The notes below the pieces were generated by a model that was not told where the DNA came from, did no database searches, and saw only the letters and a list, made by a program, of their open reading frames with translations. From the NCBI GenBank assembly GCA_013265495.1, contig MU058037.1, positions 1,675,498 to 1,739,497 on the forward strand: DNA of 64,000 nt. Reading direction: 5' to 3'. Shown here piece after piece: positions 28,201 to 41,469 of this stretch (within the stretch, counting starts at the first letter, position 1; every line of letters starts with the position of its first letter). The stretch comes from Vicugna vicugna (taxonomy: Eukaryota). Made by a program: the position numbers and the translations under genes.

Positions 28201-31200
28201 GTGCATTTGCACATATCTAGAAATAACTTACAGAACTATACATCACACAGACCCTGATTTTAAAAGGATAATTAAAAAATGAACACCAAGAACAAAAAGC
28301 ATTGTTTTTTTCCCAGCTACTCCATATCAATTTGTACATACTACTTATTCTAATTTGTTTTCCTTGGTATTGTGAGTGCTTCTGTAATTCATATTTTTAT
28401 TTTTACACAGTAGGACTTTTTAGCCATCTGAATTTTTTTTTTTAAATACTACCAAGGGGTAGGCAGAGAATGAGTATGAGGAGTTAGACTATCCAAGGGA
28501 CCAGAAAGTATTTGCTCAATGACCTGCTTGCTAAACTTGTAAGTTACTGTTTTCAGTGATGAAAGATTACAAAAAAAGGGAGTAAAAGGAAAAAGGAAAA
28601 AGGAGAGAAATTTGTAACCTAGTATCTTATGAATTTGCCAACCAGAATTTGTAAAAGTAATCCGGCACTGATGGCCTAGAGTTGAGGAAATCAGATCCAC
28701 CTACAACATCAAAAATACACCTTCTGCTTTTGTTACATAACAAGTCTTTACGTAAAATATATGAAGTTTTATGCCTGGCATTCAATTGAAAGTACAGAAA
28801 AAAATTAAACCTTCTAAAAATCCCTAAGTCCCAAAAATCACTAAAGTAGATAGAAAAAGAATCAACAATGCTCATCATTCATGGCTTCTAAACCAAATAT
28901 GAGAATGAAATAAAAACTTAGAATCAGAGTATCTTGGAGTTTTAACGGAGAACATATCACCCAACATTCTTTCATAGCAAAGAAAATCAGAAGTTCAAAC
29001 TATTTACTTTAGGTAACTCTGAGGGAAGCACAGCTGTCTCAATCACATGCTCTCATGTTTTAAAAGTCATTCCTTTGGTTTAAAATTTACATGGTTTTAA
29101 AAAATGAGTTATAAATGGCTCAGGGGCGACCACAACAAATCCAAAGGGTCTTCAAAGTTTGAATGAAAGAGTAAAATGTGACACAGTGTTGTCCCCTGTC
29201 ATTAAGACACATATAATATCAAAAAGATGCAGAAAAAGTAGTAATAACAACAAAATCATGGAGAAAAATAATTCTCAAAGGCTTTAAAGTCAGCATTGTT
29301 ACACTATTACACTGATTAAAAGGAGGCTGTTAATCAATTTGTATATTTAAAAAATTCTTCTAAACCAAATTTTATGTGTGAGTTGAAATCATTTACATGA
29401 AGTGCACCAATGCTGAATATATGGAGCATTCTTCCAACGAAAACCAAAGTGCATGTCAAAATGTGAAACCTAAGGAGAAAAAAACTGCTGATAATTTTTT
29501 AAAAATCGAGCTTACTTGCATTGGTAAAGTATACTTTCCAACAACCATTCTATAATATAAAACAAAGGAACTAATTTGTAGTCTTAATGCTTCTCAATTG
29601 TTCTCAATCCAAATACCATTTGTGACACATGAATGAGAAAAGTCATTGTTTTGCCAGTGATTCTCTCTTGTTTTCAGTGATCCAAGCTCAAATGAATTGG
29701 TTCATTTGTTTCTGACAATTGACTGTTTCTCCTATGAAAAGTCAATACATTCTTAACACTTAAATGGAGCTCTAGTGTTCATAAGTGCCTGCTATTTTCA
29801 TTGCACAGATTCAGTGTTTAATAACTTTTATCACCATGTATACGCTTATGATAAAACTCTTATATTCCAATCTTCTGACAATGGCTGAGAAGTGGAATTT
29901 CAATGATTATGAACATTTTGGTAAAATAAAGGTGAGAAGTACAAGGAACCATGATATGCAAGGTCTACCACTGAGATGAGACTTTATACTGCTTCAGACT
30001 TAGCCAGGGATGGTGGAGCAACAAAAGCAACTCCCTAGGACCTTTGTATTGAGTTCCCTGGCAGGAAGAGGGAGATATATCATTCCAATAATTAGGCTGA
30101 ATTACTTAAGTGATCACTTGACTCACATGAGGAAAAAGTTGTCTGGAGAGAAAGGCTTCAATAAAGCTGTTGGAGGAAGAAGTGCCTACACACAAAGGAA
30201 AAGAGTTTTCAAGAGAGTCAGCCACCTGAAATTCATACTCTAAATACATTTTAAAATCAGTTAGAATCTTCCTTGTATGCCATGTCTTAAGGCAAACATA
30301 TGTGAACTATATCCAGTGATTTATTTCTAAATTGAGATACTTAAAAAATTCTTTTCCATAAAGATCAGTCTAAAATCCCATTTAATAATTAATAAACTGT
30401 TTTTGACAGTGTCAAAATGTTACTCCATTTCTACCCAGACTACATGTTGACTATTCTTCAGAATTCCCTACAAAGCACATTTTCCTTACCCTCATTTTTA
30501 GATAAAGAAACTGAGGGCTTGAGAAGTGAAGAGATGAGTCAAACATACATGACAGGACAGAATTTAGTTTGGACCACAACTGGAGAGACTTCCAATTCCA
30601 ACTGAATACTAGAGATAATTTGTATTGTCTTACATACAGTACTTCCTACTAGATATTTGTCCCTTTAATCTTTTTTGTTTAAATTCATCTGTATGAAATG
30701 TAGAGATGGAGGAAAAGAAGAGTAGGGTAGGGTAGGGGAATGAAACTTTTGGCATGGCTAGATGATAAAGATGTTTTCAGCAGCCTTGAAAGGCATCATC
30801 TGGCATTTCTATTTGGGAAACTAGAATATTAAATTCATGGCAGCCTACAAGACAGTGGTTACCATACAATGATTACTCTTAATTAACTTATCTGAAGAAC
30901 TCGTGTCCATCTGCACTGCGAAAAAGCTTCCAAGTCTACTTCTCACCATCTGTATTCCATAAATCATGCAAACCACACAATTTACTTCCACCATTCTGTT
31001 TTTAATTATTATGAGACTATCTGCATTATAGCAATAGCTAGTCATCCTAAATCTGTGTACTTTTGTTATGAAAAGCATCATTGAAAAGTTGTGAAAACAA
31101 CTTCAATCTAAATGTTGCCCACCTATCTTGGGACAGAGTCTATCCTGGGATAGATACTGAAGAATCTTGGAAAGTCAACCTATCTTTACCAATCACATTC

Positions 31201-32474
31201 AAAGATAGCTTCAAGTCCTTGATACTAAATGTACAATCTACACTGATAGTTTTTTTTAATTTCTTTAAATGCAAAGCATTCTTACTAAAACAAAACAAAG
31301 CAGTAAAAACAAAACAAACTCTCCTTTCATTCCTATGAGCACAGCTTAAGAAAACACCTTGTACAAAAACATCTCTGTATTTCACAGAGAAGACATTCAT
31401 GCATATCTAAGCTGGTAGTCACCAGAGCATAAAGTCAGGGAAAGAAAGGAATATTTAGCAGCAAGCCAGGGAGACATTTTCACATCAACATCAGAACTTC
31501 ACACTTTCATAGGGGTGGATTAGTAACAAAGAATCAAGTAAGTTGAAATTGTGATAAATATAACATTCAATTTATTGTGGCAAGAAAAAAATGTATCAAG
31601 TTAAAGCATTAAATTCCTGGTCACAGTTTTATCTACTTATTACCAGAGTCTGTAACTTTTAGAATTTTCACACCAGTAAACTAGAAAACAAGGAAGATCT
31701 TAATAAAAAAAAAAAAGATACAGGAATAAAGTGCAAGTATTAAAGTAGTTCTGCTTTGAAATCAAATATAATTTCTTAGAGAAGTGACCAAAGGATGTCA
31801 AGTTACAGCCACTCTCATACCCAAAACTCAGCTACTAAACACATAACATGACCCCATAATACAATGAAAATAAGGTGTTACATTTAATGACAAAAAGAAA
31901 AATGGTGACTTCTTTGCAGAAAAGCAATGAGAAAAGGTCATTTAGTTATATTCAATTTCAGCATATCTGCCCTAGGCAAATACCTGTTCTAAGTAAATAT
32001 GCATGCATATTTATAAACACATTTATATATTCCGCTTAGAATCAATTATTATAAACCACACATTTGCTCAAAAATTTTCATGCTTTGTTTAACATTCCTA
32101 CACAGTGTCTGCAGGAAACAGAAACTACAATTTGAAAGTGTTGGGAACCAGGCTTTGTTAACAAGGTTTAGAATAGCACACTCTTCTGTCCAAGAGTTTA
32201 ACTGCAAATCTGTTAGCAGTGAGGTAAAATACGTAAGGAGTTGAAGCTAACTTTTGGTAGTCTCTATCCTATCGCAAGCACATTCAGTTTCCATTTCTTG
32301 CTAATCATTTCCTGATTAGCAAAAGGTTTTTAAAAAGCTAATCAAATAAAAGATCAATTTCAGTAGAAGGGAAACCAGATATAACAGTCATTCAAAAAAA
32401 TTTTTTTCATGTGGAAGAGCATGAGATTTACATAGCAGCCAAGTGGTAAGGCTGAGGTTCTTGCTGCCAGGCCA

Positions 32475-34155
32475 GGGCCAATTTTGCCTCTTGGAAGCAT
32501 TTTGAGTACTGTGAGGAGTTTGGGGTTATCACAACGATCAGATTACCGAATGACTGCTAGATCAACGCTAGATCAACGGGTGCTAGATCAACAGTCCCAC
32601 ACTGAAGAACTCCTACATTCCACATGGCTTTTTTTGTTTACATTTGAAAGAGCTTATTATTAACATTCACAGAGAGGCAAATCAGTGTTATTTCACATGA
32701 GATTATTGCTTATATTTTAGTATTAACAAATTTGAAAATAAATTTAACTTTGATTTTTTTTTAATTTAAACTTTTTCCTTCACAATAGTTTTAGGTCTAC
32801 AGAAAAGTTGCAAAACCAGTCCCGAAAGTTCTTCTGTACTTCTCATCCATATTCTGTTGTTAACAGCTCATGTTACTGTGACACATTTGTCAACTAAGGA
32901 ACAACATTGGTATATTGCTGCTAACTAAACTCCACGCTTCATTTTGACTTCACGTTTTTTTCCTAATGTGCGTTTTCTGTTCCACGATCCTATCCAGGAC
33001 ATGATAATACAAATAATCCTCATGTTTCTTTAGCCTCCTCTGGTCTACAAGTTTCTCACATTTTCTTTGTTTTTGGCAACCTTGATAGTTTTGAGCAGTA
33101 CTGCTCAGGTATTTTGTAAAATGTCCATCAATTTGTGTTTGACTAATGTTTTACCCATGGTTAGGCTGGAGTTCTGGGTTTTGGAGAGGAAGACCACAGA
33201 GGTGAAGTGCCATTCTCATCACATATTAACGGTACATGCTATCCACATGACTTATCACTGATGAGGCAAACCCTGAGCACCTGGCCAATATAGTGTTCGC
33301 TAGTTTCCTTCACTGTAAAGTTGTAGCTCCCCTTCCCACACTCTCTTCTTGGGAAACAAGTCACTAAGTGCAGCCCACAATCATGAAGTGGGGAGTCAAG
33401 TGTCACCTCCTTGAGAGGGGAGTATCTACATAAATTATTTGGAATTATTTGTATGGGAGATTTTTCTCTCCTCCCTCATTATTTATTCAGACATTTATTT
33501 ACATCAGTCTGGATTCATGGCTATTCATTTTATACACTGATTTATAATCAAACAGTACTTTTGCTGCTCAAGTTGTTCCAGCTTTAGCTGTTGAGAGTTC
33601 TTTCAGAATGGCTCCCAAGTCTTTGACATGCCATCATTGTGGTTTTTGAACACTTCCTTACTTTCTGGCTCTACAAGATTCTCCAGGCTCATCTTAAACC
33701 TTCCTTCCTCAGCTCGAGAAACTGCCATTTCTCTGAAAAGTTGTGGTTCCTTTTAGCATGACTTTTAAATGCTCAGTTGGGATTATTAGAATGACATATC
33801 AAATGAGTCTGGCCTGTTATCAGTTCTAGTACTCATTTTTATTCCACTGTATCAATTCATCTGCTCTTCCATTTTCTTGTACTTATGTGGAACAACTTCT
33901 GAACTAATTGTTTGCTTCTCTTAAATCCAGATATGATCATTATAAACAGGCAAACATACCACTGTCTTTTTCAAGAACAGTCATATCATCTACATTAGCC
34001 TATCTTTTTATAAATTATTTTTCATTTTTATTACAATAAGGGCAGTAGAGAATTTTTTTAATTATGTGCGAGGTAGGTTTTATTATCTATGAATTTTATT
34101 TCAAGAGACATTAAATAATATCTGTCATGTAAAGGGGGTACTGCATCCAAAGGAC
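32475..34155 (+). mobile_element. Charlie1-like hAT DNA transposon remnant, split by an L1 insertion
   Basis: Left part 'ggggttatcacaac...acagtcccacactgaagaac...ccacatggcttt'; right part 'gtaggttttattatctatgaattttatttcaag...aaagggggtactg'. Confidence 0.55.
32755..33755 (-). mobile_element. L1MC-like 3' UTR
   Basis: 'aatagttttaggtctacagaaaagttgcaaa...agtatctacataaattatttggaatt...ctccaggctcatctt'. Confidence 0.8.
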
Positions 34156-35486
34156 TGATATAAGAAAAAATAAAGTAGACAACAATGTGTGAGCTTTTTT
34201 GGATCCTGATTCAAGGGGAAAAAAACTATAAAAATATTTATGACATTTATGAAACTAGAAATTTAAACTAGACATTTAATATTAAGGAGTAAATTTTGCT
34301 GTATTAATAATAGTATTGCAGGGGTGAGTGCCTGTGATGTATATATTTTTAAGTCCTTATCTTTTGGAGATACATACCAGTCTTAATTTTTTGTGATCTC
34401 ATTACTGGTATATCAGTAGGAAGAAAAATGTTACTAGATCCCTAGGTATTATTCTGCTATATTTTCTGTGTTCATCACAATTACAAGAATAATCTGGCAA
34501 AGCAACCTCATTTGAAAAAAAGTCTCAAAATTAGAAACCATTTTGTTTAAGCATTAGACACGTCTTATAATCAAGGTAGACAGAGATTCATGGTGTTACC
34601 ATATTTAAGTCTATTTCCTACCCTACCACTTATCAACACAGAATGTCAACAACTTTTTCAACGAAAGTGATGAAATTCTTAAAAACAACCCAAACAAAAT
34701 TAATTTAAATTTGTATAGATCTGAAAAGATAGTGAACACATTATAAGAGAAAAAATGTTTTACATAATTAAATGGACAATGCTAAGGCAACTTCAAAATA
34801 GTTGGTAATTACCACAGTTCATAGTTGATGTTATTTTTTAAGTGTCTATTGTCCTAGGTATTGTGGTAGCTTTCATAAAAAGGAGAGGCTTCAAATCATT
34901 CTCTCTACAACCAGAGAACAATTTGTTTTCACTTATTTTAAAACTTCCAGCCTAAAGCAAACTCACCTCAATTCCACTAAAGGAAAATAAGGAGAAATAG
35001 AAAATACCATCTTAGTGTTTTTACTCTGAACAAATCCTACTTTAACTTCCTAAATATACGTTATAGATACACGTGCAAAACCATGTGTATCATTTTAAAA
35101 CATAGTGTAGATGGAACTGTACCTTTCTTTACCAATTTACAAGTACACAACAGAGGAATCATCTCTAGCTTAACTTGACCACTCCATATTTTACAATGAT
35201 TTCACAATAGTTTTTTGATTGATTATGATTAAATTTTCTCAAACACTTAAGATTTTTGTGTGTGATTCACTCTACTATTGTATATGTAATATCACAATTA
35301 ACTCTGTGATAAAGGAATTTCCAAATAAAACAATTTGAGGAGAACAATTTCCATTTAGTAGGTAGGTAAAGGGTTTCCAAGCTATAGGAACATACTAAAT
35401 AAAGTCTGCTGTTCAAAGAAACACTAATGCAGTGCAATGTTAACCACTGCTAAATAAATCTGAACAGAATACTACCGAGGCCATTA

Positions 35487-35961
35487 AAGGTATACCTCAT
35501 TTTATTGCACTTTGCTTTATTGCACTTCACAGATATTTCATTTTTTACTAATTGAAGATCTGTGGAAATCCTGCATCAAGCAAGTTTATTGGCACCATTT
35601 TTTCCAACAGCATTTGCTCACTTCATGTCTCTGTGTCATCTTTTGGTAATTCTTGCAATATTTCTTTTTCATTATTATATTTGTTATGGTGACCCATGAT
35701 CAGTGATCCTTGATGTTACTATTGCAACTTGCTGAAGGTTCAGATGATGGCTAGCATTTTTTAGCCAAGAAAGTATTTTTTAATTAATGCATATACATTT
35801 TTTAGACATAATGCCATTGGACACTTAATAGACGACAGTATAGTATAAACAACTTTTAATGCACTGGGAAGTCAAAAAATTCATGTGAATTGCTTTATTG
35901 CAATATCCACTTTATTTCAGTGGACTGGAACCAAACCCACAATGTCTCCAAGGTAGGTCTG
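35487..35961 (+). mobile_element. Internally deleted Tigger1 (TcMar) non-autonomous element
   Basis: Both Tigger1 ends with TIRs (AAGGTATACCT...AGGTAGGTCTG), TA on both sides (35485-35486 and 35962-35963), and no transposase ORF. Confidence 0.9.
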
Positions 35962-36129
35962 TATTTCTAGTAAAACGTAACACTGCTTAGGAATATCTGT
36001 TCTCAAGTACCACTACTTTTTTGGAGGGGGATTTCCTTTTTAAATATATATATAAAATATTAAACTTTTTAAAAAACTTTCTAGGTCTTGTTAATACTGT
36101 AAGTATAAGTCTTTTTAAAAATACTTTTT

Positions 36130-37045
36130 TAAAAGTTTTTTTTAAAGTATGTAAATCAGTATAGCTGATTTACAATGTTGTATTAGTTTCAGGTGTATTC
36201 CATAGTGACAATATTTTTATAGATTATACTCCACTTACAGTAATTTTGAAATATTGGTTATATTCTCCATGCCATACATTACATCCCTGTTGCATATTTA
36301 TTGTATAGATAGTCGTCTGTAAGCTCTTAATCGCCTTCCTGTCTGGTCCCTCCCCCGACACCTCTTCCCCACTGGTAACCACTACTTTGCTCTCTGTTTC
36401 TGTAAGACTGTTTCTGGTTTGTTATATTTGTTTGTTTTATTTTTTAGATTCCACATATATGTGAAAACATAAGTATCTGCTTTTCTCTGACTTACTTCAC
36501 GAAGCATAATACCCTCCAGACCCATCTATGTTGTTGTAAATGGCAAAATTTCATTCTATTTTATGGCTGAGTCATATTCCATTGCTTGTGTGTGTGTGTT
36601 TGTGTGTGTATCACGTGCATGTGTCTGTGTGTATCACATCTTCTTCATCCATTCATCTGTTGATAGACACCTAGGTTGCTTCCATATCTTGGCTACTGTA
36701 AATAATGCTGCTATGAACACTGCAGTGCATATATCTTTTCTGAATAGTGTTTTCATTTTCTTCAGATATATACCCAGGAGTGGAATAGCTGGATCATATG
36801 GTCATTCTATCTATTTTTAATTTCTTGAGGAAACTCCACACTGTTTTCCATAGTGGCTACATTAATTTACATTCCCACTGACAGTGAACTAGGGCTCCCT
36901 TTTCTCCATATCCTTGCCAACATGTGTTATTTGTTGTCTTCCTGAAGATACCCATTCTAATCGGTGTGAAGTGGTATCTCAGTGTGGTTTTGATCTGCAT
37001 TTCCCTGACACTTAGTGATGTTGAGCACCTTTTCATGAGGCACCG
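36130..37045 (-). mobile_element. 5'-truncated artiodactyl-type L1 (ORF2 end plus 3' UTR), sense to CNKSR2
   Basis: ORF2-like translation '[28 protein letters not shown]...CWQG' and a T-rich tail at ~36130. Confidence 0.9.
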
Positions 37046-37569
37046 TGTACTTTTATTAACAATCCTTTGAGAACAAAGCATCTCAGCACTGGGTTGGTAG
37101 TAGCAGTAGCCTAAAGTAGATCTTTTGCCTAGGTCTAGCTCAGCAGAGGAGAGCATCAAATTCCTGGAGTTCAGTTCAAAATAAGAAAGATTTCACCAAG
37201 ACTACACTTATATGTGGAATCTTCATCACTGGCTAACGTCCTGTTTTGAGTGGAGACTCTTCACCTCAAACAAACAACACAAAAAACACCCCTCTAAAGG
37301 CCAAAGGAACCCAAGAACCACAGCCAACCTTATCACACAATAGAGAAAATAAATCTGATTGGAGAGGACATCCACATCCTTGAAAGTATTCCCAGGATTC
37401 TTTCATGTCACATCTACTTCTGGTAGAAAGGCATGGTAAACATATTTTATATTGTAAAATCAGTTAAAAATTCATTCAAATTCTGCTTCTTTCTCTTCAT
37501 ATTTATTCATTCTTCAAAATGTTTATTGAACACCTGCTCAATAAATATTTGGGTATATAGTACAAGTCA

Positions 37570-37975
37570 TTCAATGTTTCTAAGGAAAAGTTTCTTCATC
37601 CATAAAATAGCAATAATTCCAACCTTTTAGAGCTAGAATAGGCATAAGATAATGCAGGAAAAGCACCTAGGACAGTATATGGTATGTAGTAAGCGGTGAA
37701 TAAATATTACTTATTATTAGTTCTGCCTCTAAAGACTGCTAATAGAATGAAACTTCTTCCTTAACTAAAAAAAAAGCTGACATTTATCATGTATTTGCTA
37801 TGTACTAGGCATCATTTTAAACATACCACAATCCTATGAGGTAGGTAATATTATTACCCCTATTTTACAAAAATGAGAAAACCCGGTGAGCTACTTCAAC
37901 TCCCCCTCACTAAAATCACAGCTGAAAGTAATAGAGTGTGGATCTAACTAAGAAATTTGATTTCAAAGTGTTCTT
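37570..37975. mobile_element. Two adjacent MIR fragments in opposite orientation
   Basis: 'aaagcacctaggacagtatatggtatgtagtaagcgg' (+) and 'caatcctatgaggtaggtaatattattacccctattttaca' (-). Confidence 0.65.
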
Positions 37976-38643
37976 TACTGTATACTAAATGGTGCCAAAT
38001 TCAAAAGGTAGAAAATTCAGGAAATTTTTTAGAAGTCAAGTGTAAAGATAATTATATACAAACTTGAACTGTGTCCTTCACTGACGAAAGTGTAAACTCA
38101 ATTCAGTAGGCAGAAAAAAAGAGTTAATGTTCAACCTAATTCCATCACTGAACAGCTGCACATCTCAGTTGATCTGCTGCTTAACTTCTCTGTACCTTAC
38201 CTGTAAGAGTGTTATCAACTGTCCTTTATTTCACTTTTAAATACTACTACTAATAATAGATGTGAAATGCATGATACCTTCTTAACATGGGCCAATGAGG
38301 GGAAGAACCTAGCTATATTACAGAATGTTTGCAAAAATATTCCAAAAAATCAAAAACTATGATTCTAACTAAAAATCAAACTCATTTCTAGCATATTTTC
38401 AGCATGGCAAAGTATGGTACTTGAAAACACCATATCCTCTAGGGTCAAACAATTTCTTTCCAATCTTGATTATATTATTAGATTGATCCACAAACCCTTC
38501 CTTCACATATCAAGAGTCAACTTCAATAGGAACCTACTGAAATTATTACAAATCCCAAATAAATGGGATCTGAATCAACTTTTTTTAAACTGTAAATATA
38601 CTTAAAGCATTATGTCTAGGGACAGACTAAAAAGAAAAATTAT

Positions 38644-38806
38644 GTAGCTCACAGCAAAAAAAAAATATGACAATGAATAGATGTACGTTCATGTATAAAT
38701 GGAAAACTGTGCTCTGCACTGGAATTTGACACAACATTGTAAAATGACTATAACTCAATTGAAAATTGTTAAAAAAAAATAAAATAGGATATAACACCCA
38801 AAAAAA

Positions 38807-38861
<55 letters not shown>
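38644..38861 (+). mobile_element. Very short, young camelid-type L1 3' end with a (GAAA)n tail
   Basis: 'gtgctctgcactggaatttgacacaacattgtaaaatgactataactcaat'. TSD AAAGAAAAATTAT at 38631-38643 and 38862-38874. Confidence 0.85.
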
Positions 38862-38866
<5 letters not shown>

Positions 38867-38868
38867 AA
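38809..38868 (+). repeat. (GAAA)15 microsatellite
   Basis: Perfect repeat read directly; it sits in the L1 tail. Confidence 0.95.
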
Positions 38869-39769
38869 AATTATCTAGCCTTAAGCATTCCATAGAATGA
38901 GCTTCTCTGTGCGTGTGACAATGCAACGTCAAACTGAAAGCTTCTGATCTGACAGCTAGAAGGCAAGGGAGCAGCCTTTTAGATAAGGTAACCTTCTGCC
39001 ATTGATTTAATGGAAAGCTGGTGTTAACAGAGACTGTTGCAAAATTCATCATGGCACCAATACAGAGGGAAATGGGGAAGCAGCACCTAGCCCTGCCATC
39101 CATCCATATTATGGCTACACCACACTGAACTTGGTTTCCACACTGGCTCTAGCAGGCAGGGAGGAAAACTAGCAACTGAACAATACATCGGTTTTGAGCA
39201 CCAGAAGTAAAAACTCTACAATACTTTATCTTTTATATATATTTTAATAGCCCAGTACCTTGTTTTGAAAGACTAAAAATGTAAATGAACAGAAAATTAA
39301 AATATGAATTTTCTGCTCAGCCAGGGGGGAGAAAAATCACAATTCCCAGGACTAGCAACTATTTTGGAAAAAATGTAGACAGTTAAAAAAAAAAGTATAT
39401 GAAATAAACTCCCACACACAAATATAAAACATAACAAAATTATAACAAGAATTCAGCTAATGTTGAAATTACTCATTCAGCATAATTACCTAAAACAAGT
39501 ATTTCAAAGGTTTTTATTAACAAATTACAAGTCTAACTAACAGCTTGCTGGAAAATAGATTATTTCAAAAACTTTGGTAAACAAGTTGGAAATAAGTAAA
39601 ATCCAGGATCTAAGCCAGCCTTCCATTGATTTGTTGTAGGTATTATTTCAGAAACTATGTTGCAAACTCATTTTAAAAACAACAAATGTAGCTGAAACAA
39701 AATAAAAAGCTTAAACAAACAAACAAACAAACAAAAGAGTACTGGGCAACACTTTCAAAGCAATGTTTA

Positions 39770-39904
39770 CGGGGGAGGGTATAGCTCAGTACTAGAGCCA
39801 GTGCTTAGTATGCACGGTGTCCTGGGTTCAATCCTCAGTACCTCCTCTAAAAATAAATAAATAAATAAACCTAATTACTTTCCCCTACAATAAAAAAAAA
39901 AGTA
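39770..39904 (+). mobile_element. tRNA-derived SINE of the camelid (vic-1-like) family
   Basis: Head GGGGAGGGTATAGCTCAG (A box), GGTTCAATCC (B box), (AAAT)n/A tail, and a perfect 13-bp TSD AAAGCAATGTTTA (39757-39769 and 39905-39917). Confidence 0.9.
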
Positions 39905-41469
39905 AAAGCAATGTTTAAAAACAATGCGCTTTCTTATCATCTTATCAGAAGACTATCCAATCTACCTAATAAGACTAATTTCCAAGAACATTAATGTCAA
40001 GTAAATATAAAACAGACAAGTATGCTATATTTGATATTAATTATGTAACAATGTTTTTACCATGCCAAACTAGAATACATTAATGCCATTGTGACTTTTG
40101 GTTTATTTAATAAATCTTGGTTTTTAAAACAATTTTATGTTGTGACAAAATATTCAATAGATGAACACAGAAAACTAAAACAGCAGTTATTGTACTTACG
40201 TAAAATTTAAAATTCAATGAATTTATGCAAATACCCACAACCCTTTCTTTCCTCAAATTGCAAGAAAAAGATTGAGATAATGAAAACTTCTATTAGAATT
40301 AATGATTGTAATTGAAATTGAAATTGAACAAGAAATTAAATATATCTTTAGAGTTTAAAACAATTCTATCATGTTTAATGGTTTTTGTAATTCAAATCAG
40401 GGCAAAATTGCAATCCATTGTTTTGCAGTACTAGCTAGAACATTTAAGCCTGAAGGTGTTGTTTTGTTAAGAGTTAACAGACATTCAAAGATATGCTAGT
40501 CTTAAAATTTTCACTTATTCTGATCTATGTTTTAACCATTCTAAATTTGGGGGGAGAGGCATACTTTATTAGAAAAGTCTCTGTAACTTGCCTCCTGGTG
40601 ATTATCCAGTAACATGTAATCCACAAAAATTCCACATGAGACACCTGCACCTGTATCCAACAAGTTACACTTTACAGTAATTCTCTACATAGGTTCTTAA
40701 CCAGCACCCTTCAAAAATTAGTCCAAATAAATTTATAGTTTAAAATATTAAAATTCATTTTTCAAAATCAGAGTGAGATGAAAAGTTATATAAGAAATGC
40801 TGATTTAAGATGCATCTTTAAATATCTTAATTTTATTCCTATTAACAAAAATGCAAATTCAACATGAAATATAATAAAGATAACGGTTCTTATTAAGCAA
40901 AGGCTATTTTTCATGTTATCCTCCAAATTAACAAATAAAGGGAACTTTCTTCTCACAAGAGAAAAATATATTTTAATTTCTTATATGAATTTTTTTTAAC
41001 ATTTTTAAGAGGACAAACTTAAGTGATTTTGTTCAATTTCATTCTGCCATATGTTCCAAGATATATAAGTTCTTTCAAAAACATGAAAATGAAGAAACAA
41101 TTAGAAAATTTGTATAAAAGAAAATAAATGCTTAAGAAAAGGGGTATGTTTTAATTTTTAAAGTAATGTTTGACTATTGTGTTGGACTATTAAATGACAT
41201 CAGCAAATAATATAGCATAAACACAGAAGTATTACAGATGCATTCAAATTATTAATATTTCTTAACAAAATGAATCTAAATCATGATTTAGGTCACTGAA
41301 TTGTCTAGAGCAACATAACTATGAAAAATGGATAAAGTAACCAATCTTACTTCCACTGTACTCTGGCACACGGTCTACAACTTGGCACTGAAGTATCCAT
41401 TAGACCACTATGAGGGACTTTACGTGCATCGTCATGATTTGCTGACAGACCAGTAATCTGTGAATATAT

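Noticed and set aside
32556..32592. CRISPR-like direct repeats
   Set aside because: Only 11 nt long, with no spacers of regular length and no cas genes, in a mammalian context.
38945..39015. MEIS/PBX-HOX enhancer (TGACAG with TGATTTAATGG)
   Set aside because: The spacing deviates from TGATNNAT, and such short motifs are frequent by chance without conservation data.
38627..39103. 158-aa minus-strand ORF with FFLS repeats
   Set aside because: Artefact of the (TTTC)n microsatellite and antisense L1 sequence.
39771..39845. tRNA gene
   Set aside because: The tRNA-like head has an A-rich tail and a TSD, and the stems are degenerate, so it is a SINE.
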